From: an uncultured Thermoleophilia bacterium
GTDB taxonomy: Bacteria; Actinomycetota; Thermoleophilia; UBA2241
Direction of reading: 5' to 3'
DNA: 64,000 nucleotides
NCBI GenBank assembly: GCA_963700035.1
Contig: CAVOWE010000018.1
Location: 170,378-234,377, forward strand
Both the position numbers and the translations under genes were made by a program. The notes beneath the pieces are model-generated. The model ran no database searches and was not told the DNA's origin. It saw only the letters and a list, made by a program, of their open reading frames with translations. Shown here piece by piece: positions 29,579-40,080 of the stretch (its first letter is position 1; the number at the start of each line of letters is the position of its first letter).

Positions 29579-29629
29579 ACTCGGGCGGCACGCCGGCCGC
29601 GCCCCGAGGCTGCGCGCGCAGTGCGGCGC

Positions 29630-30697
29630 TCAGGCGCGCGGCACGAAGCTCTCTCGCGCCCAGCCCTCGGCCACGCGCCGGGTGACGGCGGCGGCCAGCA
29701 GCGCGCCGGCCTCGGCGTCGTCCGGCTGCATGACTTCGAACGGCGAGTGCATGTTGCGCAGGGGGATGCTGAAGGAGAGCGTGGCCGTCTGACCAGAGGC
29801 CATGAGCTCCTCGGCGTCGGTGGACGTGCGGCCGGGCAAGGCCTTGACCTGCACCGGGATGCCCTCGGCCGCGGCCACCTCTCGCGCCAGGGCGAGGAGG
29901 GCCTGGTTGCTGGCCGCGCCGCGGTGGAGGACCGGCCCGGCCCCCAGCTTGACCTCGCCGCCGAGCTTCTTGGCGCCCATGCCCGGGTCGTCGCTGGCGA
30001 AGTCCACGTCGACGACGATCACGACATCGGGCTGCCAGCGCATGGCCATGGCTTTCGAACCCATGAACGTGGTCTCTTCTTGCACCGTGGCGAGGGCGGT
30101 GAGCTTCGCCGCCGAGGGGGCCGACGCGTAGTGCTCGAGGGCGCGGGCGCAGACGTAGACGCCGGCCCGGTTGTCGAAGGCCGGCGAGGCGTAGCGCCCG
30201 TTGGCCAGCGGCAGGAAGGCGGCGGGGAACGTGATCGGGTCACCGATCTGCACGAGCCCGAGGGCCTCTTCGCGGCTCGCGGCGCCGAGGTCGAGCCACT
30301 GTTCGTGGAGTTCCGGCGCCTTGGTGCGCTCCTCGCGGGTCATCTTGTGAGACGGACGCCGGCCCACGACACCGTTGACCGGGCCGCCGGGGCCGTGCAC
30401 GACGAGGTTGCGGCCGGGAAGCAGCTGGGCATCGACGCCGCCGATCTTGTCGAACGAGACGTAGCCCTGCTCGTCGACAAAGGTGACGATGAGGCCGATC
30501 TGGTCGTTGTGGGCGGTGACGACCACGTGCGGCGCGCCGTCGGGGACGACGTCCGCCCAGACGTTGCCGAGCGGATCGCCCTCAGGGGCGGAGATGGCGG
30601 ACAGGCGCCGGCGGACGATCTCCTGGGCCGGCGCCTCGAAGCCGGTGGGCGCCGGCGCGGCGCACAGGTCACGCAAGAAGTCGAGGTCGGTGGCCAT
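29630..30697 (-). CDS. M42-family metallo-aminopeptidase (glutamyl aminopeptidase / FrvX-like)
   Basis: MATDLDFLRDLCAAPAPTGFE..., HNDQIGLIV, FDNRAGVYV, full-length 355 aa. Confidence 0.85.
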   Translation of the reverse strand: MATDLDFLRDLCAAPAPTGFEAPAQEIVRRRLSAISAPEGDPLGNVWADVVPDGAPHVVVTAHNDQIGLIVTFVDEQGYVSFDKIGGVDAQLLPGRNLVVHGPGGPVNGVVGRRPSHKMTREERTKAPELHEQWLDLGAASREEALGLVQIGDPITFPAAFLPLANGRYASPAFDNRAGVYVCARALEHYASAPSAAKLTALATVQEETTFMGSKAMAMRWQPDVVIVVDVDFASDDPGMGAKKLGGEVKLGAGPVLHRGAASNQALLALAREVAAAEGIPVQVKALPGRTSTDAEELMASGQTATLSFSIPLRNMHSPFEVMQPDDAEAGALLAAAVTRRVAEGWARESFVPRA

Positions 30698-30950
30698 GGA
30701 TCCCTCCGCGGTCGCGCCTGTGCTGGGTGTCTGGTCCGCCGGCGGGCCGCGCCGACGCCCCGCATCCTATCGGCAAAGGGACGCTGACGGCACCCGCGCC
30801 CCGGTCGGCGGGCTACGCAAGCCTCCGGCACCGTAGTATCGTGGTCCCATCGAGACGCCCGCCGGCATCCCCCGGCGCCCGCGGGGGCGCCGCTCCGCCG
30901 AACGCCGCCGTCAGCTGGCCCGGCGTCGCGGTATCGCGCTGCTCGTCGTT

Positions 30951-32514
30951 GTGGTCGTCGTCGCGGTGCTGACGTGGCGCGCGGTGGCTTGCGGCTGCGG
31001 CGGGGCCGGCGTCACGGCGGTGACCTACGGCTCCGTGCCGCCGGCCCCGCTGCCGTCCCTCGAGGGCGACGGCGTCAAGGTGGGCACGTTCCTCGGCAAC
31101 TACTCACGGCGGTTCTACGGACTGGGCCCCGTGCCCGAGCGCCTCGACGTACTCTGGAAGGCGCGCCTCGGCAGCGGCTGGACCTCGGGCAAGTACGACA
31201 CGGACCCACCGGCGAAGTGGGCCGGCAGTGGCTGGACCGGCATGCCCAGCATCGTCGTCGACGGCGGCAAGGCCTACGTCGTGGTCGGGGGCTACGACCA
31301 CCGCCTGCGCCGCCTGGACGCGGTGACCGGTGAGGTCGTCTGGGAGTACAAGTACGACGACATCATCAAGAGCAGCCCGTCGGTGTTCCAGAACCCCGAG
31401 CCCACCGGCGCCGACGACAGGTTCATCGTCTGCGCCGGCTCGCGCCGCGGCTACCCGCTCAAGCTCGCCGAACCCGGCGTCGCGCCGTACCGGGCCGTCA
31501 CGTTCGGCAGCGGCAAGGAGCTCTGGCGCCTGCCGGTGCCGCAGACCGCCTGCTACAGCCGCGACTGCGACGGGAGCGGCTTCTTCCTCGACGGCCGCCA
31601 GTACATCGGCGTGGAGAGCGGGTGGATGTATGCGCTCGATCCGCTGGAGACCGTGGACTGGAACGGGCAGAAGCGGCCCAAGATCGTCGCCCAGCGGCAG
31701 CTGCTCGGCGACGACCGGGCGGCGACCCACGACGGCAACCTCGTGCTCGAGTCGTCGGCGTCGGTCCTCGGCAGGCGGATCTACATCTCCTCCGGGGCGG
31801 GTCACGTGTACGGCATGCGGCGCGGCGACCTCGCCGATCGAATGGGACTTCTTCACCGGCTCCGACCTCGACGGGACCGCGGTGCCCACGCGTCGCGGCA
31901 AGCTCCTGGTGCCGGTCGAGAAGCAGTACATCAAGGGCCGTGGCGGCGTGTTGTGCCTCGACCCGTCGCGTCCGCCCGAGAAGTCCGTCGACTGGTTCTT
32001 CCCCACCGGCGACCGCAAGGTCGGGGAGTGGAAGGGCGGCCTGATCGGCTCCTGCGCGGTCAACGACGAGTACAACCGCGACGGCCGCCTGCCGGCGCTG
32101 ACGGCGTTCAACGCCATCGACGGCTACCTGCACGTGGTCTCGCAGGACACCGTCAGCGGCCAGCTGGTCAAAGGTCCCAACCTGGAACCAGGTCTGCAGA
32201 CGCCGGTGGAGATCGCGCGACTGTGGAACGGCGGCGCGATCTCCACGCCCCTGCTCTTCGCCGAGACGCTCATCGCCGCGTCGTACGACCAGCGCGTGCA
32301 CCTGTACCGCATCACGTACACACCCTCGGAAGAGGGCCTCTCGGGGGCGCTGCCCAGCGCCCGCGGCGACGGCAGGTACTGGCGCGTGAGTTTCAACGAG
32401 ACCGACCAGTTCTTCGCCGGCGGAGGCTTTGAGAGCACGCCGACGCTGTGGGACGGGCGCGTGTACGTGGGTTGTCGCGACGGCTGGTTCTACTGCCTCG
32501 GCGACAAGCCGTGA
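30951..32514 (+). CDS. PQQ-like beta-propeller repeat (BamB-like) lipoprotein; apparent frameshift near 31830-31850
   Basis: N-terminal part in track ORF 30951..32432 (AVACGCGG lipobox-like; GKAYVVVGGYDHRLRRLDAVTGEVVWEY). C-terminal part in track ORF 31330..32514 (DGRVYVGCRDGWFYCLGDKP). Confidence 0.65.
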
Positions 32515-32529
32515 GACACGGGTCGCCTG

Positions 32530-33738
32530 TCAGAACCGCACCATCAGCTTCCTGGTGGCCGCGGTCAGTCCGTCGACGGTGAGCTCGAACATGGGGAAGA
32601 CCTCGCGGATCTTGCCGATCGTGACGCTGCCGTAGGTATGGTCCCAGTTCGGCTCCGGGATGGTGTTGAGCCACACCGAGTGGTCGAAGTGGCGCCGCAG
32701 GCGCCGCAGCCACTCGATGCCCGGCTCGTCGTTGCCGAAGCCCCACCAGATGATGCCGTCACGGCTCAGCAACTCGCTGGGCGCCATGGCCGCGTCTCCG
32801 ACGACGATGAGCTTGGTGTCGCCGGGGAGCTCCTGGAGGACCCGGCGCGTCGAGATCGCGTTGCTCATGCTGCAGCTTGTGTCGAGGTAGAGCCAGTCGT
32901 AGACGCAGTTGTGGAAGTAGTAGAAGCGCAGGTCCTTGAAGTGCGAGCTGCGGTTGACGGCGCTGAAGAGCTGACCGCAGAGGCGGATGTAGGGGTGCAT
33001 GGAGCCGCCGACGTCCATCAGGAGGAGGACCTTGACGGCGTTCTTGCGGCTCTTGCGCCACACCAGGCTGAGGCGGCCGGCGTTACCGGCCGTCTCCTCG
33101 ATGGTCTCGTCGAGGTCGAGCTCGTCGGGGACGCCTTCGTTGCGCGAAGAGAGCTGTCGAAGGCGCCTGAGGGCGAGCTCGAACTGCCGCACGCCGACCT
33201 CCTGGTCGGTGCGATAGCCGCGGTAGCGGCGCTCGCCGGCCACCTTCACGGCGGATCTGTGGCGGCTCTCGCCGCCGACACGGATGCCGCCGGGGTGGAA
33301 GCCGGAGTGGCCGAAGGCGCTGGTGCCACCGGTGCCGACCCAGTGGCTGCCGCCGTGATGGGCCGCGTCCTGCTCGGCGAGGCGCTCCCTGAAGAGGCGC
33401 TCGAGCGCCTCGAGGTCGAGGTCTTCCAGCGCGGCGGCCAGCAGGCGTCGCTCCTCGTCGCTGAGCCCCGGCATGTCGAGCGGGTTCGCAAGCCAGTCCC
33501 AGACCTCGTCCGCGATCTGCGGCGGCGTGTCGATGCCCTCGAACATCGCCGCGAAGGCCTGGTCGTACTGGTCGAAGTAGGTCTCCGACTTGACCAGGAT
33601 GCTGCGCGCCACGGCGTAGAACTGGTCGAGGCTGGCGGGGGCGAGCCCCAGGGCCAGGGCTCGCATCAGCGCCAGCCACTCCGTGACCGTCACGGGCACG
33701 CCGTAGTAGCGCAGCAGGAAGAAGAAGTCGGTGAACAC
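32530..33738 (-). CDS. VWA-domain protein (CoxE-like), partner of the adjacent MoxR ATPase
   Basis: VLLLMDVGGSMHPYI..., DGIIWWGFGNDEPGIEWLRRLRRHF..., DUF58/CoxE-like architecture, 402 aa. Confidence 0.8.
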   Translation of the reverse strand: MFTDFFFLLRYYGVPVTVTEWLALMRALALGLAPASLDQFYAVARSILVKSETYFDQYDQAFAAMFEGIDTPPQIADEVWDWLANPLDMPGLSDEERRLLAAALEDLDLEALERLFRERLAEQDAAHHGGSHWVGTGGTSAFGHSGFHPGGIRVGGESRHRSAVKVAGERRYRGYRTDQEVGVRQFELALRRLRQLSSRNEGVPDELDLDETIEETAGNAGRLSLVWRKSRKNAVKVLLLMDVGGSMHPYIRLCGQLFSAVNRSSHFKDLRFYYFHNCVYDWLYLDTSCSMSNAISTRRVLQELPGDTKLIVVGDAAMAPSELLSRDGIIWWGFGNDEPGIEWLRRLRRHFDHSVWLNTIPEPNWDHTYGSVTIGKIREVFPMFELTVDGLTAATRKLMVRF

Positions 33739-33775
33739 GTCGCCTCGGGCGGGCAGGGCCGGGCGGCCGGGCTCG

Positions 33776-34609
33776 CTATCGCCGCCGGCCGCTCGAGAGC
33801 GCCCGCTGCGCGACGTCGACGTCGTGGTCCTTCTTGAGGAGCACGCCCATGAAGGGCAGACGCGCGGCGATCTCCTGCGGGTCCACTCCGCCGCGCGCCA
33901 GCGCCTGCACCCAGTCGATGAGCTCGCTGGTGCTGGGCTTCTTCTGCAGGCCGGGCACCTCTCGCAGCCAGTAGAAGGCCTGGATCGCGAGGTCGAGGAG
34001 ACGCGTGTCGAGCTGCGGCACGTGCACGCGCACGATGCGCTCCATCATCTCCTTGTCGGGGAACTCGATGTAGTGGAAGACGCAGCGCCGCAAGAAGGCG
34101 TCGGGCAGCTCCTTCTCGGCGTTCGACGTGATGAGCACGATCGGCCGGTGGACGGCGGCGACCGTCTCGTGCGTCTCCGGGATGTGGAACTCCATCTGGT
34201 CGAGCTCCCAGAGCAGGTCGTTGGGGAACTCGAGGTCGGCCTTGTCGATCTCGTCGATGAGCAGCACGACGCGTTCCTCGCTGGCGAACGATTCGCCCAG
34301 CTTGCCAGGCTTGATGTACTGGGCGATGTCGCTCACGTCGCGGTCGCCGAACTGGCCGTCGTAGAGGCGCTGCACGGTGTCGTAGAGGTAGAGGCCGTCC
34401 TGGGCCTTGGTCGTGCTCTTGATGTTCCAGACGATCAGCGGCATGTCGAGGCCGCGGGCGATGCTCTGCGCGAGCATCGTCTTGCCGGTACCGGGCTCGC
34501 CCTTGATGAGCAGGGGGCGGCTGAGCTGGACGGCGACGTTGACCGTCTGCATGAGGTCGGGCGCCGCGATGTAGTCGCTGGTGCCGGCGTAGGTGAAGGA
34601 CTGGCTCAT
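33776..34609 (-). CDS. MoxR-like AAA+ ATPase (AAA_5/CoxD-like)
   Basis: LLIKGEPGTGKTMLAQSIARGL (Walker A), VVLLIDEIDKADLEFPNDLLWELD (Walker B), LITSNAEKELPDAFLRRC. Confidence 0.85.
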   Translation of the reverse strand: MSQSFTYAGTSDYIAAPDLMQTVNVAVQLSRPLLIKGEPGTGKTMLAQSIARGLDMPLIVWNIKSTTKAQDGLYLYDTVQRLYDGQFGDRDVSDIAQYIKPGKLGESFASEERVVLLIDEIDKADLEFPNDLLWELDQMEFHIPETHETVAAVHRPIVLITSNAEKELPDAFLRRCVFHYIEFPDKEMMERIVRVHVPQLDTRLLDLAIQAFYWLREVPGLQKKPSTSELIDWVQALARGGVDPQEIAARLPFMGVLLKKDHDVDVAQRALSSGRRR

Positions 34610-34870
34610 GGCATGCGTCTTTCGGTCGTTGGCGCGAGCGGGGGGCGGCCGGGGGCTGCCCGGAGAAGCTTAGCAGAGGCCGGGCGCAGTCGTCAGCGCC
34701 GGCGCCGGGCACGGACGGGCCTGCGGAGGTCGCTTTCCTGGAGTCGCCCCAAGCCGTGCCGGATCGCGCAGCGTGAGGCTGAGGACTTGGACATCCTGGA
34801 CCTGCGTCTCGCCGTTGTACTGGGTCGATACTGAGCAGGGGAGACGCAGCATCGACAGGAGGGAGACGAC

Positions 34871-35344
34871 ATGAAGCCACCGACGGCAGACCTCTCCAAC
34901 GAGGGCACGTTGCGCCATTGCCATCTGCTTGAGCCGCTGAGCGACCAGCAGATCGCCGAGCTCGCCGGTCGGGCCGCAACGCGCTCTCTGGCTGAGGGCG
35001 AGTCGCTGTTCGATCAGAACGCTGAGGCTCGCGAGCTCTTCGTCGTCGCGAGCGGGCGTCTGGCCGTCCGCCTGGCCACGCCGACCGGGCACGTGATCGA
35101 GGTCTTCGACGCCGGGCAGTATCGCTTGTCGGGCTGGTCGGCTCTCGTCGCGCCTCACGTATACATCGCCGACGCGCAGGCGGTCGAGGACACCACCGTG
35201 CTCGTGATAACGGCAGCCGACGCGGAGGAGGTGTTTCTTCGCGAGCCTGCCGCCGCCTACGCCGTGATGAAGAACCTCGCCGGCACCATCTCAGTGCGTC
35301 TGCGCGACATCAAGGAAGAGCTCATCGAGCTGCTCGGCGCGTGA
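34871..35344 (+). CDS. Cyclic-nucleotide-binding (cNMP) domain protein
   Basis: 157 aa; GESLFDQNAEARELFVVASGRLAV...RLSGWSALVAPHVYIADAQAVEDTTVLVI, a CAP-family effector-domain pattern. Confidence 0.7.
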   Translation: MKPPTADLSNEGTLRHCHLLEPLSDQQIAELAGRAATRSLAEGESLFDQNAEARELFVVASGRLAVRLATPTGHVIEVFDAGQYRLSGWSALVAPHVYIADAQAVEDTTVLVITAADAEEVFLREPAAAYAVMKNLAGTISVRLRDIKEELIELLGA

Positions 35345-35400
35345 GCATCGGCGGCGGCCGAGCCGGCTCGGCCGCCGCCGTCAGACACGGCCGCGCGGTC

Positions 35401-37240
35401 TCAGATCCGCAGGCCGGACCCCCATGGGGACCGCTTCTGCGCCGCGGCGACCTCGCGCAGGGCCTCCTGGAGGGTCACGCGCGTCAGCGGCCGCAGGGTG
35501 TCGACGTCGATCTCGTTGTGTGGCGCGAGGCCGGCCTGCAGCAGCCGCGCGTGATGCCGGAGCTGCAGGTGGGACATGCTGATGAAGGCCTCGCGCAGCG
35601 AGCTGCTCGCACGTGGTCGTTCGTCGCCGCACGCCTCGCGCACCGCCTCGAGTCGCTCGAGGGTGGTCTGCGCCGTGATCCCACGGGAGAAGGCGTGGTA
35701 GCGGGCGAGATTATGGATCGGGATCAGCCCGTCCTTCTTGATGTCGAGGAACTCTTCGAGCCGCTGCCGGAAACCGAGCGGCGGACGGAACTTCGCGCCC
35801 AGCAGCTCGAGGCCCTTGAGGAAGCGAGGGTGACTGGGCGCCTCGCGCATGATGTCGGTGAGCGCCAGGTCCACGCTGAGCTCGCCGGCGACCTGGCGGT
35901 AGTCGAAGGCCACGCTCGCGCGAGCCATCCGGTCGAGGTCGCGCCCCCGAAGACAGTCGGTGAAGACGGCCTGCCACTGCGAGAGCGACATGCGCCACTG
36001 GGGCGTGCGTGCGAGGACCCCGTGGGGGTCGGCGGCGAAGCCGCAGCGCACGAGGCCGTCGTTCACGTCGTCGGCCACGAGCCGGAAGTAGTCGTCGACC
36101 GCGGGGTCGTCCGTGTCGGCATAGGCGAGCCCGTTGTCCTGGTCGGAGGCAAGGGTGAGCTCGCTGCGCGCGGCGCTGCCGAACGCCAGCCACGCGTACG
36201 GCACCGGCGGCTCTCCGTGCCGCTCGACGGCGAGCTCGAGGAGACGTGAGGTCATGGTGTCGCACAGCACCGTGAGCACGCGCGTCAGCGCCGGCGCGTC
36301 GAGGTGGGCGTCGAGCAGGTCGAGAAAGAGACTGGGCATGTCCGCCGCGGCGTCGTCCAGGTCTTTCTCGGTGCGTGCGGACATGGATCGAGCGGCGCAG
36401 CGCGAAGGGACTCCGCGCCTCGAGCGTCATCAGGTTGCTGGCCGACAGGATGCCCACCACCGTCCCGGCCTCGTCGAGCACAGGGAGGTGGTTCACGCCC
36501 GCGACCATCATGGCGATGCTGGCCTCTGGGGCAAGCACCTCGGAACCGATCGTGTGGATCGGCGTCGTCATTATCGTGCTCACCGGCGCGTCGCGCGAGA
36601 CGCCTCCGACGACGACCTTGTCGCGCAGGTCGACGTCGGTGACGATGCCGAGCCCGTCGCGAGCGCGCACGAGGATGGCGGAGCGCCCTTCGTCGATCAT
36701 CAGCCGGGCGGCGTCGCGGATCGTGGTGTCGGGGTCGCAGAAGACGGGCGCGCTGCGCACCACCTCCGTGACGGGGCGGGTGCGCACATCGGGGAGGGCG
36801 CTCATCGAGCGCGCCGCCTGGAGGAGCCGCTCGCGATGGTTGCCGCCAGCCACTTCACTCCTTCAGGGCGGCTGAGCAGCTCGACGGCGACGTCCTTGGG
36901 GATGCAGTAGACGCGTGCAGTCGGTCCGCGCCCGTGCCGTGAACTCGGGGGCCAGGCCGGTGAGCAGGGTCGGGTGGCCGAAGATCTCGCCGCTCGTGAG
37001 GTCGGCCACCAGGACCTGCTTGTGCAGCAGCTCCACGGTGCCTTCGCGCACGACGAAGAGATGCCTGCCCGGCAGCCCGCTCTCGATCAGCACCGCCGCG
37101 CCCGCCGCGACGAACCGCTCCTCGACGGAGGCGGCGACGCGCTCGAGCTCTGCGGGGTCCAACCCGGCGAAGGGCTCGAGATGCATGAGGAACCGGACGC
37201 GCTCGTCCGGGGGCTCGACGTCGAAGAGGCGCTCGCTCAT
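35401..37240 (-). CDS. Signal-transduction protein with cNMP-binding, tandem CBS and DUF294 nucleotidyltransferase domains; about two apparent frameshifts (near 36890 and 36390)
   Basis: Track ORFs 36863..37240 (cNMP: AGAAVLIESGLPGRHLFVVREGTVELL), 35711..36853 (CBS pair: VTEVVRSAPVFCDPDTTIRDAARLMIDEGRSAILV...GTVVGILSASNLM) and 35401..36384 (DUF294: PYAWLAFGSAARSELTLASDQDNGLAY...). At the first junction the other frame reads ...TARVYCIPKDVAVELLSRPEGVKWLAAGNHRERLL. Confidence 0.7.
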
Positions 37241-37249
37241 GACCGCCGC

Positions 37250-38031
37250 CTACCCTCGGTCCCGGACGAGGAGGCCACGGTCGCGGAGGTGGTCGAGACT
37301 CGCCAGGACCGACGTCTCGTCCTTGTGTTCGAGAACGATGCTCGCGCCGGCCGCACGTGCCGCCGCGAGGATGGGCTCGAAGTCGACGACGCCCGTGCCG
37401 AGCGCATCGTGGTGGTCGCCGCTCAGGTGGCCCTGGCTGTCGTGCAGGTGCACGTGCCTGAGGTCCACCAGCGACGTCGTTGAGCCAGTCGCCGAGCGTG
37501 CCCGTCATCGCGGCGTGACCGGTGTCGAGAACGAGACCGAGGCCCTTGAGGTCGAGATCCCCCGGGGCGATGAAGTGCGAGTGCTTCTGGAACGGCATGT
37601 TCTCGACCGCGATCGGCAGGCCGATCTCGTCCTGGAGCGCGCTCAGTTCCTCGAAGGCGCGCTCCAGAGAGGCCGCGACCTTCGGGTTCCACCCCCGTGC
37701 CCGACGCTGCATGTCGGGATGGACGACGTACAGCTGGGCGCCGAGCTCGGCGGCCACCCACATGTGCCGCCGGTGCAGTTCGATCGCCGCCGCGATGCTT
37801 CGCCGCCGAGCGGCTGCCGAACTCGAAGTGCGCGAACGGGCCGTGGACGGTGAACGGCAGGCCCGCGGTCTCGACGACGCGCACGTTGATCGGTTCGAGC
37901 AGGGAGTGACGTCCGAGCGAAAGGATCTCGGCCGACGGGGCGAGCTCCGCGATGCGCAGCAGCGCTGCGCCCGAGCGACAACTCGTAGTAGGCGCCCGTC
38001 GAGATACCGATGTCGTGGTCATGCACCACAC
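37250..38031 (-). CDS. Sugar-phosphate isomerase/epimerase (xylose-isomerase-like TIM barrel), paralog 1, fragmented over three frames
   Basis: Pieces: HDIGISTGAYYELSLG (track ORF 37643..38047 frame), LYVVHPDMQ...IAVENMP...LDTGHAAMTG (36855..37763 frame), RHVHLHDSQGHLSGDHHDALGTGVVDFEPILAAARAAGASIVLE (37250..37468). Each matches the intact paralog 38068..38835. Confidence 0.45.
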
Positions 38032-38067
38032 TCCGAGTATTGCACACTGGCCGCGTGACCAGACGCC

Positions 38068-38835
38068 TCAGGCGATGAGCCCTCGACTGCGCAGATAGGA
38101 GAGACTGGTGTCCACGTCTTCGGCGTCGTTCAGCTCCAGGACGATGGAGGCGCCGGCGGCGCGCGCCGCGGCCAGCACGGCCGCGGCGTCGACCACGCCG
38201 GCGCCGACCGGCAGGTGCGGGTCGTCAAGGTCGCCGACGCCGTGGTTGCTGTGCAGGTGCACGTGCCGCCACTCCGGGGGCGGGGCGGCGAGGAAGGCGT
38301 CGAGGGTCCCGCTGATCGAGGCGTGACCGACGTCGAGGGCGAAGCCGAGGCCGCGCAGGTCGAGGTCGCCGGGCGCCGTGAGGTGCGAGCAGCCGGCGCC
38401 CGGCATGTTCTCGACGACGATCGGCACGCCGGTCTCGGCCTGAAGCTCGCGCAAGGCGTCAAACGAACGTTCGAGGGCGCCGACCACCGCCGCGTCACGA
38501 GGGCCCGGATCCGGCCGCCAGTCAGGGTGCACGAGGTACATGGTGGCGCCGATCTCGGCGGCCGCCGCGAGATGACGGCGGTGTTCGTCGAGCGCCTCGA
38601 GCCGCACCGCCTCGGATACGTCGCCGAGGCCTTTGTAGCCGAAGGGGCCGTGCACGGAGCACGGCAGCCCGGCGGCCAGCGCCGCGCGCCGGTTGCGCGG
38701 GCTGAGGAGCGTGTGCAGGCCGAAGGACCGGACTTCGGCGGACGGTGCGACGGCGGCGATGCGCTCGAGCGCCGCGGGCAGGAACAGCTCCGAGTAGGCG
38801 CTGCTGGAGATGCCGATGTCGTGGGGTGGGGGCAC
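38068..38835 (-). CDS. Sugar-phosphate isomerase/epimerase (AP endonuclease 2 / xylose-isomerase-like TIM barrel), paralog 2
   Basis: HDIGISSSAYSELFLPAALERIA...MYLVHPDW...IVVENMPGAGCSHL...LDVGHASISG...HVHLHSNHG. The start is assigned to an internal GTG (VPPPHDIG); the track ORF extends to 38937. Confidence 0.6.
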   Translation of the reverse strand: MPPPHDIGISSSAYSELFLPAALERIAAVAPSAEVRSFGLHTLLSPRNRRAALAAGLPCSVHGPFGYKGLGDVSEAVRLEALDEHRRHLAAAAEIGATMYLVHPDWRPDPGPRDAAVVGALERSFDALRELQAETGVPIVVENMPGAGCSHLTAPGDLDLRGLGFALDVGHASISGTLDAFLAAPPPEWRHVHLHSNHGVGDLDDPHLPVGAGVVDAAAVLAAARAAGASIVLELNDAEDVDTSLSYLRSRGLIA

Positions 38836-38921
38836 GGGACCCAAGTATGGCAGACGGGCGCGGCCCGCGCCGCCGGCGGCCCGAGGGCTTGAGGGCCGGT
38901 GCCTGCGGGTAGGGTGGCGTC

Positions 38922-40080
38922 GTGGATAGTTCAGCACGCAAACAGTTTGGCAGCACCTACGGACTTCTCGCCGGTCTGCCGCTGCGCATCGACGGGTACC
39001 AGCTCGAGCGCAAAGAGCTGGACGTCTCGAGCGGCTTCCGCCGCGTCACGACGACCGTGGTGCTTCGCGGCGGCGGGCACGAAGGCCGCGGGGAAGATGT
39101 GACCTACGCGGCCGAGGACCACGACGACTACCCGGCGGGGCTGCCGCTGGCCGGGGAGCTGGACGTTCGACGAGCTCTCTCGGCATCTCGGCGGCCTGGA
39201 CCTGTTCCCCGACAGGCCGCCGCAGCTCGACTTCTTCCGTTTCTACCGGCGCTGGGCGTTCGAGAGCGCCGCGCTGGACCTGGCCCTGCGGCAGCGGGGC
39301 CAGTCACTGGGCGCGGCGCTCGGGCGCGAGTATCGGCCGCTGCGTTTCGCCGTCTCGACGCGCCTCGACATCTCGCCCTGGCTGGCGGTGAATCCGGGGC
39401 TCGAGTTCAAGCTCGACCCCACGCCCGAGTGGGACGCGGAGACGATGAGGCGCATCGCCGCCACCGGCCGCGTGCGCGTGCTCGACTTCAAGGCGTTCTA
39501 CGAGGGCTCGCCGGTCGACAACCCGCCCGACCCGGTGCAGTACCGGGCTGCGGCGGCCGCGTTTCCCGACGCCATCCTTGAAGACCCGACTCTGACGGGA
39601 CCCGCACGCGACGCGCTGGACGGGGAAGAGGGGCGCTTCAGCTTCGACGCGCCGATCCACTCGTGGGCCGACGTCGAGGCGGTCAGCGGGCGCGCCTTCG
39701 GCGGGCGTCCTCTGCGGCTGCGCTACCTCAACATCAAGCCGTCGCGGTTCGGCAGCGTGCGCGCGCTGCTGGACTGCGTCGAGCGCGCCCAGGCAGCCGG
39801 CATGGAGCTCTACGGCGGCGGCCAGTTCGAGCTGGGCGTGGGCCGCGACCAGATCCAGGCGCTGGCCAGCCTGCTGTACCCCGCGGGGCCCAACGACGTC
39901 GCCCCGCGTGACTTTCATGGCGACGCTCACGCCGGCGTTCCGCGAGCCCTCTGGAGCCCCTCCCGCAGGCGCCGGGCTTCGGCTTCGCCTTCCGGCGCTG
40001 AGGGCGGCCCGAAGCGCCTGCTAGACTCAGGCGCAATGAGTGCCTGCCGTAGATCGCCGCTCTTCGGGGCGTCGCTTTGA
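38922..40080 (+). CDS. Enolase-superfamily (mandelate racemase/muconate lactonizing enzyme-like) protein; apparent frameshift near 39150-39200, C-terminus uncertain
   Basis: N-terminal part in track ORF 38922..39581 (LRIDGYQLERKELDVSSGFRRVTTTVVLRGGGHEGRGEDV). Central and C-terminal part in 39388..40080 (VRVLDFKAFYEGSP...RLRYLNIKPSRFGSVRALLDCVERAQAAGMELYGGGQFELGVGRDQIQALASL). Confidence 0.5.

Noticed and set aside
32429-32635. Small plus-strand ORF downstream of the PQQ-propeller gene, plus other 60-120-aa ORFs embedded in larger genes (for example 11170..11517, 28575..28823, 59351..59563)
   Set aside because: They lie fully inside or antisense to supported genes, with no start or SD context and low-complexity translations.
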